Below are positions 13,284 to 24,689 of a DNA stretch of 45,217 nucleotides, in pieces. The position numbers were made by a program, and so were the translations under genes. The DNA is from Halocafeteria seosinensis (taxonomy: Eukaryota): NCBI GenBank assembly GCA_001687465.1, contig LVLI01000661.1:1-45217 (forward strand). The letters run 5' to 3'. Within the stretch, counting starts at the first letter, position 1. Every line of letters begins with the position of its first letter. The notes below the pieces were generated by a model, which did no database searches, had not been told where the DNA came from, and saw only the letters and a program-made list of their open reading frames with translations.

Positions 13284-16096
13284 ATGGCTGCAGACCGATT
13301 ACGACGGTATGTATGCTCTGGAAAAAGGTTTACGTGCGATGAGCTCAATCTTGTATCTGGCGTTCAGGCAAATTGAGGCTGAGTTGAAGCATTATACCAG
13401 CCATAAACTAAAGAAACCGGATCTGGCAGCTCGACATAGTTCAGAGTAAGTGCTTGCTATATAGACATGGGGTATGCATGCATGCATGCATGTATATGTG
13501 TGACCATTGTGTATCTGTGACAGCCTTCGAGAGAAAATTGTAAAATTCATCTGCAACCACTATGGTGAAGCCAAAAAGGCGAAAGCTGATGCGAAGCTGT
13601 GGAACCTCTGCCACAGCATCATTAAAGCATTCAGGGAGAAAATTAAACGAGTATGCGATTTCCTAGCACTATTTTTTTAAGTTTCTTCTTCTGTGTGTGC
13701 TCAACAGAGGTTTGTTGGTCATGGTCACACAGATAGCGGATGAAAATGACCCAGACAGGCAGGATGTGTTTGTTTCTGCTTTTACGTCATTTCTCGACGA
13801 ATGTGCTCGACATTATGAAAAGCTTATCACTCAGTTCAAGAGTGAAGTAAATTCTGCCATGGAAAGTGGTGCTCACTCGGGGAACGGGAGTAATGCAGCT
13901 TCTCAAGGAGTGAGTGACAAGTCGTGGGACCTACATAGCTCCCTGATCTACATGGGCGATCTCATGCGGTATCGATTGGAAGTAATGCGAACATCCCCTG
14001 AATCCTCAATGTCGCAAGATATGGAAAAGTGGAGCAATTGGGCTGTTTACTTTTACAGACAAGCGGCAATCTTGAAGCCACAGAGTGGTCGTGCCAACAA
14101 CCAAATTGGCGTAATCGCTTCATTGAATGACAAGGAAATCATTGCACTATATCAGCACTGTCGTAGTATAATGGCCGAAGAGCCCTTCTTGCAAGCACGG
14201 GAAAACATAAAGCATATTATTGATAGAAACCGCACGCGGGTGGCGGACCAGGAAAACAGACCAGAGTTTCGGCGACTGGCTTCTACAGCGATGAAAGGAC
14301 TAGTCGAACCCAAGAAGGCTTCCAAGGCAGTTAAAGATCGTATCGCGAAAGCCCGAACTATGATTTTCAATTGGGTTTTGGATCGCTTTGTCCGTTGTGC
14401 GGGGATGGTGATCACCCGTACCTCGTTAGAACAGTTGCCGAAGATGTTGCATGTCACCGGCCGGGATATGTCTCGATTGATGAGGGCGAATGCAATACCG
14501 AAAATAGTTCTTCTTCAAATGTTGGGCATTGGTATTTCTGCTGTTCACGACGTCGGGTAAGTCATACTTTAAAATAAGTTGATCCAATGGTACGACTCCA
14601 TTTCTTTGGTGTGGCACAGTGAGAAGAGCGATGAGTACCAACCTGAAAACGAAAATGAAGTTAAACGCCGCGAAATTCACAAATCCTACGCCCTGTTGAT
14701 TTTGATGGAAATTGGAGCTGTCATCGGTCAGCATCTGCTCCGGGAAGTGAGCTTCTTCGCTAAACAGAAGCATGGTGGACGTCGCGGGGACAGTAGTAAC
14801 TTATCTACTGAAGATCTGCGGAAGAGAATTTTTCAAACTGTGTTGGAACTTTCGGCGCCGCTTGGAGTTTTGGCAGATTGGTTGCGCTTGAATCCATCTG
14901 TTCTCCATGGTGCTGTTGATGTGAAACCACGGATCGTTGAAGCCAAGAATCAAGAAACGAAAGCTAACAAAGGCAGAGACAAGAAGCGAGCGATACATGG
15001 CGATTTTGGGGACATCACGTTTCTAGCATCTCAAGGAAGACGAAGAGTGCTTGACGCTCTGGCTGCTCTGGCGAACCGCCTGAATGATAATGCTGACAGC
15101 CTGATTGGCGAGGAAGCCGAAGGGACAGAGCAAACTGAAGATACCGATCTCGCCGGAGCAGTTGCTGAGGCAGCGTTGGATGACGAAGATGTTGATATGC
15201 AGGTTGGGGGAATGATAGCGCTTCCGGAAGAGCAGGAATTCCGAGGCTTCAAACCACTGCAAGGGAACTACAACAACATGCTTCTTCCCGGATCGCTTCC
15301 AGGACAGGTATTTTTGGGCGAGATGCCGGGTGGGGACTCTCATCAAAGACCCGTTGTCCCTTTGACTGAGAAAGAGTCCTTTGAGCGCCGTTGTGGAAAG
15401 GTGATGCGGTTGGTTAAGCAGCTGGCTGAGGATAGTGAGTGCGTTTTACAACGGAATCCCAGTACCGGCCGGTACATGACACAACCGAAGATTGAACTCT
15501 TAAAACCGACTGAGGGTCACAAAGCTAAGCAACAAGTCGATGCAGACGAGGAGGATGCTGGGTCTCGTGCTGGACGCACCACTTCTGGTCACGATTCTGC
15601 GCGTGAGTCTTTGGAGAAGCCAGACTACTCAGAGGAGTTCGGGGTGGGTGAACAAGAGAATGGTTCTGAGCAACGCACCACATCTGAGGAGTTGGACCTG
15701 TCGCCCCATCTTTCTGCGACTGAGATTCCCCTTGTGGGGCAGGACCAGTGGTACGGAGACCACAATGGAGAGCATCCTGATGTTGTAGAAAATAGTGAAG
15801 GCTACACGGGCGACAGCGAGATGCCAGCCAATCTGGGCTACACTCTGGGACCGTTATCTGGCTACGTCCAGCAGGATCTCAACACACCCTCTGTTATGTT
15901 TAGCAATGTCATGGGCATGCTGAGTAATGGTAGTCAGGTGCCTTCTGCTAGTGCTCTCGGTACCTCATACAACTATGGGGTTGAATCCGTTGGGGACTAT
16001 TCCGCGAGTGCGGCTGCCTCTGGAAACGCTGCTTGGGCTCAAACCCCAATCGGTGGCTATTTTGCTCCGTTCTATCAGTACGGTGAGGAGGGCTGA
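13284..16096 (+). CDS. SMG7: SMG7/SMG5/EST1-family 14-3-3-like TPR protein (nonsense-mediated decay), no PIN domain seen; 5 exons
   Basis: Inferred introns at 13307-13367, 13446-13523, 13651-13732 and 14557-14619 keep the frame. The EST1 signature YMGDLMRYR...YFYRQAAILKPQSGRANNQIGVIA...ALYQHCRSIMAEEPFLQARENI and a downstream LPEEQEFRGFKPL motif are present. The start codon is inferred. Confidence 0.78.
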
Positions 16097-16613
16097 GCTG
16101 CTGTGTAGTACTTTGCTCATGCCGGATCTGGCAATGAGGCATGTTCATAAAGCCGCTTCAAGCGGATGAATGGATAACCTGCAAAAAAGTACAAGGCGCT
16201 TTGAATCTGCAACGGCCGTGGGTAAAGCTCATAGTACGAAAGGCTGGTCCCCCAGCACTTCTAATAGCTTCTTGAGGCAATATAGAGGATGAGGACACAA
16301 GGGCGAACTGGGCTTGGTGCTGATTTAGCACTGGAGCTGAATTGAGATGAGTGAACATTGCTTCGTTGCAACTCTTTGTGATGGTTCTTATGGAGCGCTC
16401 TTGCGTCGCGTACTCAGTTGGTAGGTACAGAGTTGGAACCTGCTTCGCTCTAGTGCAACTCAGTTTGGTGTCCTGTGTTTATTCTGAACCATACACGCGC
16501 CTATAGCTACAGCAGGCCCGCTGTGCGAGACCAACATTTCCGTACTCAATATCTACCTGAACATTTACCGGTATATGTGCCTTATATCCTTATCGCACAA
16601 TAGAGCTATAGCT

Positions 16614-19600
16614 TCACTTTTTCTTTGAACGTTCGGCGGCTTTTCTGCGTGTTTGCGCTTCTATTCTCTTTCGCTGACTTTGAACAGTATCAACGGCCGC
16701 TTCTTCAGGACCAGGCCGCTTTTTCTCTTTGATAGACACTGTCTTCCGCTTCCGAACGTTTGGAGACTTCTTGCTGGTATTCTTTACTTGGGGACTCTCC
16801 TTGGACGGTTTTTCAGGGGCTACGGCGCCCTCGCTGGTACCATGAGTGGATTTCTCAGTCGTACTAGCAGCACTTAGGGACATTGACACAACATTCCTTT
16901 CTGATTGCATAGTCTCATTATCACTACTCTCGGCAGTCTTACCCGGGCTTGCTTCGGTAGTATCCTCCCTATCTGGCTGCTGCAATACGGAGTAGTCCCC
17001 TTGCTCCGTGCCCACTGGTATACTGCTTCCGCGTTGTAATAGTCCGAGATTAGTAGTTGTGCAGTTGCGCGCAGTGTGAACAATAAGGGCTAAGGAAGAT
17101 AAAAAATTGGCTGTTGAGCTATTCAAGGGCTGACGCTGCTCCTCTTGTACGCAGGCCTTAGCATGCACATTTATCGCCTCTCCATCCGGATGCTCCTCTT
17201 GGAACCGTCTGGCTGCTTGAGAGTACTCGTCAGAGAACTTTGATAGGTCTTCCACTTTCAGGCCGGCGAAATGCCGTTCGAATCCTTGGGTGATAACAAC
17301 CGGTTCAACGCAAGTTTGGAAAGGTTGCTCCCATATCCCACTATCTTCCTCCCCTTTTGTCTCGGTAGTGTGAATGCCATCCCCGAACTGTTCGACGTAG
17401 ATTGGTTCAGAATACTCAAAATCTGAAATTCCTATTCCATCCTGTTTCACTTCTACCCGAGAATCCAATGTCTCCGGTTTTGAATCCTCTTGGTTACTAT
17501 CTTCCAATGGACGACTACTGCTGTTCCTCGTACTTCCAACATCAATTCCTATCGTAGCAAGGCTGGCTACTATCGCTTCCTCTTGGGCGGCTTTCCTGTC
17601 ATTTCCATTTATCTCGTAGCTTCGAAGGACTGCGCTAGCCACCGAGGCTGATAGATACTGAGTCTTACGGTACCGATAGCCACGGCTGGGTTTGGAGCAC
17701 GTCGTACGAAGGTTGTGTGGTGCCTCGATCGTCACTATATCCGATACTGACACATGTTCCGCATTCTCCGAATCCCCACTGTCGCATCTACTTTGGATCG
17801 CTTCCATGTTGAGTCGGCCCCACCGTGTAGCTTCATCGTTCGTGTGCTTCTGACCTGTAGGGGGGACCAGGGTCTCAAAAACATACGGAGGAGGATTCTG
17901 CAGAAGCTCGTCGGATAACAAATCAGTGTTCTCTGCAGGAACTTCACCAGAAGAGCTAAACGACTCCACAATGGTTTCCTCGTACTCGTAGAAACTCATC
18001 AGCAGTGCTGACATAGAGGACTCGTGAATGTGATCTCCCTTCCACTGGTGATATAGTATCGTGTTCGGCAAACTTGAAATCCGAGAACTGTGTCGGCTAC
18101 AAACGGAAGTATCGAGAGCTAACGCTTCCCGCTCCTCATTTTGGTCATCCTGTGCAGCACTATCTGTGGTCGCGGATAGATGTGTCTGAGGTCTAAAATT
18201 CTCCTGAAGTTTGTCGCTGCCAGTATCAATACTCAGGGAGCTGCTTCCTCTTTCATCAGCTCCCATTACGGCAATAAGGGCACTCACTGCGCCGTTGTGA
18301 ACAGAACCGCCAGCATCAGAATACTCGAGCATCGATTGTGCCTTCGTTGGCAGACGGATCCCGTCCGGGTCCTCAGTATCAATCGCCAACTGACACAAAG
18401 CTCGCAAGCATGCGTATCGAAGGGAGGAGTCAACGTCGTTAAGTTCGCTAGCAACGATAAACGCGTCAGCTGCCTTGCTCTCCAATATGGCTGACCTTGT
18501 ACTCGAGTTGCCTGCCAAGTTACAAAGACACCGGGCAGCGTGACAGAAAGCCTCATAAGCAAGACTTTTACATTCTTCGTTCTGTTCGAAATTCTCGCAT
18601 ACATGAGCTGCCACGCTATCAGTATCTTCCAAGGCGCTTTCATCTACACCAAGATGGGTTGTTCCCAACCGTTGGCACAGTGAGATGAGGATGTTGATTA
18701 AAATTTTCAAGTCTTCTGTGTACTGGTCACTCCACAGCTGCGGAACCACAAAGGAGTATGCCAGCAATATTCTCAAGGAAAAGAGAAGACGGACAAGAGC
18801 CAGAGGCGTCAATGCTTGAATTCCTCGGATTATAAATGTTCTTAGACACGACAACAGCTTATCTGGTATTTCGCTTTCGTCAATTGAATCTCCGCAATCC
18901 TCGTACAAAAGCAGTTTGCAAACCTGGAATTGGAGAGTCGATAGCAAATCCACCAAGAAGACAATCTGCGGATCTGCAGTGTCCGGAGTGTACAGTCGTG
19001 AAAACAAGTTCTGGACACTTTCGATGGTATTGGAGATAAACCCATCGTTGATCACCTCGATCAGAGCATTTTCTCCACCTTCCCCAGTGACTGCGTTGAT
19101 AGCAGTGGCCAAGCAGAGACTCAGCGTGCCTAGTAACAGTTCCATACTTTCGGGACTTTCCATTGAACAGAGTTCACTCATCCAGTTCCCAATATCCCGA
19201 AGTACATCCGCAGTAATATGAGAGGAAAAATCATGTCGGCAGGAAATGTAATGCAGAGCAGTCGCAATGGCGTGTTGTGCTTTCAGATCTGTAGCTGCAC
19301 TGCCAACTTTAACGAACACGCGCATTATTCCATGATCCCTCACCAGTCTTGTATTGGTGTAGTTTTGCCATAACAAGGCGGTTACCGTCGCTATACAACA
19401 CAATCTTACTTCCTCCGTCTGAGATTCGTCATTGGCCACTTGAGCAACTGCTCGTGGGACTGCACTGTCTACAACTTTGCTCCGGAGTGCCTGATTGCTC
19501 GTGGAAGAGAGAGTGAAAATTCCCCGGGCAGCAACGATTGAAAAGTCTTCGTTCGGATTTGCAAGTGAATCTTCATGGTTACTTGGGTTAGGTTCTACAA

Positions 19601-22600
19601 AAAACGAGCGGAAGTCAGCGGCCAATTCGCCGGAAGAAGCTTGCTTTTCCTCAGCTTTCAGTAACTGAACCAAAGGTTCAATAGCTCCTTCTTGTAGCAA
19701 AGCTGCTTCATTCCCTCTCCGAGTAGACACGGTTGTCAGGGTTGAGGCAAACAACTGCTGCAGGACTTGATCAGAACTGGAGGCTCCCCCTTTATCACGC
19801 GACGAAGAGCTTGAGTAAGACAATCGCTCCCCTTCCGCGTTAGGGGAAGAAAGTGCTAATGACTTGATGACACATTTCAAGCCCCCTTCGACTACCAATG
19901 TAGATTGGGCTTGAGGGTCCATACTGAGGCGGTACATTGTTAAGGCGGCAATTCGCTTGGTAGCGACGTCGCTTGAGTCGCTCAACTTCCTGAGAGCCCA
20001 ACTTACGCCATCGTTCAACACGCGATATCGAAGTTCTATTTCTCCTAAGAGGTTATAAAGCGTCAGGGCGCAAAGACGCTCAGTGGCGATGTCCGCTCCC
20101 CGAACCAAAGCCGCTACCAACATAGCCTTCACTGCACCTTCTTCCACAATACACTTTGCTAGTGTTGGTTCTGCAGATAGGCGCGATAAGATATGGACAC
20201 AGTTTCTTCTTACATCTGCGACGTTGCTTCCACAGAGATCTACCACTTTAGGGATTGCACCCGAATCAACTAGAGCCTGGACGTACTGTGGATCCGCAAC
20301 CAATGAATTTAGAGCTGTTGTTACTCGAACTTTAACTGACCCATCAGAGTCGTGGAAGTCGCAAAGAGCCACCAATGCTGTGATTACATCTCCTGAAGTG
20401 CTCCCGCTGGCGCTCTCCACACTTGCGCTGAGAGAAGATATTGCAATCGCGCATTGCTTTTTCGCCTCGTCTTCACGATCCTTGAGCTGTCCCATCGCCT
20501 TCTTGGTTTCCTTATTCAAGATTTCACAGTTGAGGGCTTGAGTAAGAAGCGGATGCTCCAACCGAGCTTCAGGATCTTTGAGCTCGTTAGCAGCTCGAGA
20601 AGATGCACGAGGAAGATTGCGACCGCTTGATCGAGATTTTACCGACGAAGACGACTCAAACGTTTCCAGTGCAGCTTCTGCAGTCCTCATTGCATACTTA
20701 ACGTTTTGAACAAATTGCTGCTTCACCCCTGCTTCATCCCCCTTGCGCGTACGTGCTACGATGTTGTCCTTTGTTCCAGTAGCTACTGGTACCAACGAGG
20801 CCAAAATGGAAGACTTAAGTAGAGCAGCTCTTCCTTCAGTATACCCTGCCGCATTAGAAACTACAGCGATGACGTCGTAGAGGCAATTAAGCGACACCAC
20901 GGGAACTTCCAAACGTCCTGACTCGCCGTATCCTCCTGCTAGCCGTTCAAGGAGTCGTACGAGAGAACCGTCAGCGCATAGATAGTCCACCAAATAGGAA
21001 ACGGTACTCAAATTCCGAATGATACTCAAGCAGTAAGAAAGTGTCATATGTTGTTCCGGTTGAGCGATTGGGGCTCTGGCGCCATCAGCAAGTGAGTACA
21101 GTGTGTGGTGAGCACCCATTTCACCCTCCGAACTCGCACCACTCGGGTCACCATTCTCAACGTGTCGCAGACTCTCCTGCAAACAATGTATCAACGATGA
21201 CACAAGCATTTCGCTTGTCTCCTTATCTTTCTTAGCCATTCTTTGGAAGAATTCCTGGACACTCTTCAAAGTAGTGGCGTTGTAAAACGCTTGGCATATG
21301 AAGGGGCGTTCATAGCAATTTTCCAGCTGTAGCGCATGGATGATGGCCATAACGAACCTTTTCTCACACCAGTAGTGGGCGCACTCTTCCGTTGACAAAA
21401 GGTTACACAAGGCAGTAGTGCATATCTTTCGCGTGGGGCCATCATTTCCACACAGAGTTGATGCGAGGAGGACTCTAACCGACTTAACGCCTGATACTGT
21501 AGTGTGGTTGTTCGGATCCCAAGAGAGCCGGCAGATAGCCGCCAACGAAAATCGTCGTAACACCGCTGGCATGAGCAAAGGGGAAGGGGCAAAGTGTTCC
21601 TGCTGACGATCAGCTATGACGTTGATTCCTTCAGAATAGTCGTAAAATTTGTCCACCCTATCCGACAATCCTCCAGAATTCTTTTTGCACCCTTCCCAGG
21701 ATGAAGACGTCATCGTATCAGAACCGATCGTGAGTGCCGCAGCGGAAACGACAGTCAAGAGTTCCTCCTTAGCAAGAGTCGAAAGAACGTTCTTGCGTTG
21801 ACTCAGCCATGACACCGCGAGAACTGTTCGACACAAGACAAAGTAGCAGTGCTTATCCTTCAGGCGTAGGCCATCCGCACACGCGTCAATCATCATTTGT
21901 ACTGCGCCCTCGTCTACAGCTCGTATGGGGCTGTCACAGAAGCGTACGACGTTAAATGCCAAGTGACCAGCTGCGGCCAATCTTTGTTCGTACGAAAACC
22001 AATCCCACAGTGCGCACATGAAGGACACTGCACCGTTGCGGAGAAGCTGGGATGATCCATGCTCTGCTCCAGCGAAATTGCAAAACGCTTTTAAGCCCAG
22101 TGCCATGCAAAGACTGTCCGCATGAGCAACTTTGCTTAAGTGATCCATATGAATATCGTTAGGACTGACTTCATCATTCAAACACTCAAACTGCTGCATA
22201 TCGTGGGACAACTGAACACCAATTTTGGCGTATCGTTCCAATATGGGAGGAAGTAGTTGCAGGATAATGCTAATGGCACCTTCAAACAACATCTGTGAAT
22301 GCAGCTCCCGATAACACGACAGATTGTACAGAGTGGCCATGAGTTGAGTGCGGGATATGGGATCTGTGGGACCTGCAAGTGCAGTTTTCGTCAGGTCCCC
22401 TACTTTGACGATCGAACTTTGTTCTAAGTAAACTACAGTCTCTTCCTCTGGAGAGATATTTCCTTCCCCAGAAGACGGCCTTCCTTGAGTCGAAATCCCC
22501 GTCAAATTAGAAAGAGCTTCAATACAAATAGCCTTGATATCCTTTTCACGCTTATGAGAAGACAGCATTTTCCTCAGAGAATGCAGAGTACCCTCTTTCC

Positions 22601-23729
22601 ATAGCGCAACACGGGCGTTTGGGTTCTTACTGATATCACGAACGGCTAATGCACACTGTTTACGGAGATCGGAGTGATGCTGTGTTTCCGTATCTTCATA
22701 CAATGATGCGGATCCAAAGTATTTGGTATTTAGAACTTTACGAATTTGCGATGCGGAATGGTCTGACTGCCCGGTAGTATTTCTGCCGACCGGATCTTCC
22801 CCTACCCCCGTTGTTGTTGAACCGCTCTCGTCTTCACCAAAAAACACATTGTCTGCCACCGGCGTCTGAGCCATTTTCCGTTTGCTCTCCATGGGATCTT
22901 CCTTGTCTAACAACTCGTTTAAATTATTTTGCTCATCATCTAAAAAGCCGAGGTCGTCCTCTTCTTCATTCAATGGTTTGTTGAACATCTCCACGAAGCT
23001 AGACAATCGCCGGTTCCGTATCCGTTGAGGATCGATGTTTCCCTTGGAATCCCTCTTCATAGATTCCCGTTTTGGGGGTGCGTAACGGGATAAGTACACC
23101 ACCGAACTATCGTAGTTCCCTCTGCTTGAAAACTTGTCACCACTGTAAGGGTTCAACCCCTGCTTTAGGGCTGCTACGCCACGAGCATTGACAGCCGACT
23201 CAGAGCTACTTTCCGAGTTTCTCACTTGCGGAAGCTGGACAGTTTCAATTTTGGGCTTTGAGGGCTGAAAACCCATTTCCTCCTTCTCACCCACGTGTTC
23301 CTGACTGTATTGATGCCCTAGGATGATATGATGATGCCTCTTGCCGTACTCAGCCAAAGTTTGAGCAAGTTTGAGCTTGGTGTTGTGAACTCGCCAGAAA
23401 CCGGGTTCTTTATGCAAGTTCCATTTCCTGGCCAGTGACTTGAGAATGTCTTCCCGAATGGTTACCAAGTGCGTATCTCCTTGGGATTGTGAGATTAAGT
23501 TCTCAGCCACCAGGAATGGTCGTAGCGAATCGTACAAGTCCTGTTCGGCCATCTGAGACATCAACTGCATCGTTTGAGAGTAAGATGGCGAGGTTCGGTT
23601 TGCCGCTAATTCCGTTGCATACTTGGCGAATTGGTCGTTGTTGGATCCGCGTTCCCCGGCAGCACCTCCACCACTCTTTTTCGTCGGGCTCCCCCGTCCT
23701 CGGGGCGAACTTGCGCTCGATGAGTGCAT
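16614..23729 (-). CDS. Giant armadillo (ARM)-repeat protein, 2371 aa, single exon
   Basis: An uninterrupted 7.1-kb ORF with many ARM-like units (e.g. LMATLYNLSC..QMLFEGAI; CTTALCNLLS; LVDSGAIPKVVDLC..VRRNCVHILSRLS; LLQEGAIEPLVQLL) and disordered, charged termini. Confidence 0.82.
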   Translation of the reverse strand: MHSSSASSPRGRGSPTKKSGGGAAGERGSNNDQFAKYATELAANRTSPSYSQTMQLMSQMAEQDLYDSLRPFLVAENLISQSQGDTHLVTIREDILKSLARKWNLHKEPGFWRVHNTKLKLAQTLAEYGKRHHHIILGHQYSQEHVGEKEEMGFQPSKPKIETVQLPQVRNSESSSESAVNARGVAALKQGLNPYSGDKFSSRGNYDSSVVYLSRYAPPKRESMKRDSKGNIDPQRIRNRRLSSFVEMFNKPLNEEEDDLGFLDDEQNNLNELLDKEDPMESKRKMAQTPVADNVFFGEDESGSTTTGVGEDPVGRNTTGQSDHSASQIRKVLNTKYFGSASLYEDTETQHHSDLRKQCALAVRDISKNPNARVALWKEGTLHSLRKMLSSHKREKDIKAICIEALSNLTGISTQGRPSSGEGNISPEEETVVYLEQSSIVKVGDLTKTALAGPTDPISRTQLMATLYNLSCYRELHSQMLFEGAISIILQLLPPILERYAKIGVQLSHDMQQFECLNDEVSPNDIHMDHLSKVAHADSLCMALGLKAFCNFAGAEHGSSQLLRNGAVSFMCALWDWFSYEQRLAAAGHLAFNVVRFCDSPIRAVDEGAVQMMIDACADGLRLKDKHCYFVLCRTVLAVSWLSQRKNVLSTLAKEELLTVVSAAALTIGSDTMTSSSWEGCKKNSGGLSDRVDKFYDYSEGINVIADRQQEHFAPSPLLMPAVLRRFSLAAICRLSWDPNNHTTVSGVKSVRVLLASTLCGNDGPTRKICTTALCNLLSTEECAHYWCEKRFVMAIIHALQLENCYERPFICQAFYNATTLKSVQEFFQRMAKKDKETSEMLVSSLIHCLQESLRHVENGDPSGASSEGEMGAHHTLYSLADGARAPIAQPEQHMTLSYCLSIIRNLSTVSYLVDYLCADGSLVRLLERLAGGYGESGRLEVPVVSLNCLYDVIAVVSNAAGYTEGRAALLKSSILASLVPVATGTKDNIVARTRKGDEAGVKQQFVQNVKYAMRTAEAALETFESSSSVKSRSSGRNLPRASSRAANELKDPEARLEHPLLTQALNCEILNKETKKAMGQLKDREDEAKKQCAIAISSLSASVESASGSTSGDVITALVALCDFHDSDGSVKVRVTTALNSLVADPQYVQALVDSGAIPKVVDLCGSNVADVRRNCVHILSRLSAEPTLAKCIVEEGAVKAMLVAALVRGADIATERLCALTLYNLLGEIELRYRVLNDGVSWALRKLSDSSDVATKRIAALTMYRLSMDPQAQSTLVVEGGLKCVIKSLALSSPNAEGERLSYSSSSSRDKGGASSSDQVLQQLFASTLTTVSTRRGNEAALLQEGAIEPLVQLLKAEEKQASSGELAADFRSFFVEPNPSNHEDSLANPNEDFSIVAARGIFTLSSTSNQALRSKVVDSAVPRAVAQVANDESQTEEVRLCCIATVTALLWQNYTNTRLVRDHGIMRVFVKVGSAATDLKAQHAIATALHYISCRHDFSSHITADVLRDIGNWMSELCSMESPESMELLLGTLSLCLATAINAVTGEGGENALIEVINDGFISNTIESVQNLFSRLYTPDTADPQIVFLVDLLSTLQFQVCKLLLYEDCGDSIDESEIPDKLLSCLRTFIIRGIQALTPLALVRLLFSLRILLAYSFVVPQLWSDQYTEDLKILINILISLCQRLGTTHLGVDESALEDTDSVAAHVCENFEQNEECKSLAYEAFCHAARCLCNLAGNSSTRSAILESKAADAFIVASELNDVDSSLRYACLRALCQLAIDTEDPDGIRLPTKAQSMLEYSDAGGSVHNGAVSALIAVMGADERGSSSLSIDTGSDKLQENFRPQTHLSATTDSAAQDDQNEEREALALDTSVCSRHSSRISSLPNTILYHQWKGDHIHESSMSALLMSFYEYEETIVESFSSSGEVPAENTDLLSDELLQNPPPYVFETLVPPTGQKHTNDEATRWGRLNMEAIQSRCDSGDSENAEHVSVSDIVTIEAPHNLRTTCSKPSRGYRYRKTQYLSASVASAVLRSYEINGNDRKAAQEEAIVASLATIGIDVGSTRNSSSRPLEDSNQEDSKPETLDSRVEVKQDGIGISDFEYSEPIYVEQFGDGIHTTETKGEEDSGIWEQPFQTCVEPVVITQGFERHFAGLKVEDLSKFSDEYSQAARRFQEEHPDGEAINVHAKACVQEEQRQPLNSSTANFLSSLALIVHTARNCTTTNLGLLQRGSSIPVGTEQGDYSVLQQPDREDTTEASPGKTAESSDNETMQSERNVVSMSLSAASTTEKSTHGTSEGAVAPEKPSKESPQVKNTSKKSPNVRKRKTVSIKEKKRPGPEEAAVDTVQSQRKRIEAQTRRKAAERSKKK

Positions 23730-24689
23730 TTCTTCTCCTGTATTTTCTTAATCAAAAGCTGAATTGCTGTTCTTCCTCTACCTGCTGGTTTCTTTTCTTT
23801 TGTTTCGTTTTGGAACAAGGTCTTTAAAGAGTGGACTCCTAACCGTAATTTACAGTGCAGATACGGCCGTCTTGCGGCTGGCAAAATCAAGGGTTTTGTC
23901 TCCTTCTACATGCACAGTACTGCGTCCTCCGAATAATCCTCCTTTCTCCCTTGTTTTTTTCGTATATACAACCCACGATAATTTGGATCCTTGTGTGCAT
24001 ACGGAAGGTGGTAAGGTTTTTTTGGCGCGTCGCAGGAACGTTGGCTTCCTTGCTTCTCCCCGAGAGAAACAATGAAAACCCCTCCCCTACTATTATTTAT
24101 AGCACGTTCCACTTGTCTGTGCACCAGAGCGAACAACCCCGATGCTTTGCATCTTATGACATTGGGACGTGTCAAGTGGTTCAGGCGTGGAATGATCCAA
24201 CGGAACGGTCGCAACTTGCGACTGGTCTGAACATGTTGCAGGCTGTTTTCCGCACACAATGGAATTCCACAAGTACACTACTCCGAATACAGTGTACTGT
24301 TCGAAATACCAGGTAACCAGGATCGGATAAACGAGGAAATCAACGAGGATGTACAACAGCATGGAAACGCTGACGAAGTGTCGTCACGGGCGACGTGCAA
24401 GATGGAACACTTCATTAAGCTCATGGCAAGAAGTGCGGGGGCTGTACTGTTCCACGACGGTGCGGAATTCGATATTTGATGGACAGCAAGGGTTGATTAA
24501 GGAGTGGCAACAACTTTACAGGGAGACTCTGGTACTCATCATTAACTATCGGTATAAATATATGTGGTAGTGGTACATGAATATAACTCTTAGTATACAT
24601 TGTATGCAAAACACTACCAAAATGCAAACTAGTACGTTCATTTGTAGCCACTATATACTAACAACCGACTGGTGGCCAAGTACCACAGG

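Noticed and set aside
13472..13497. (ATGC)n self-complementary tract
   Set aside because: A simple microsatellite inside an SMG7 intron.
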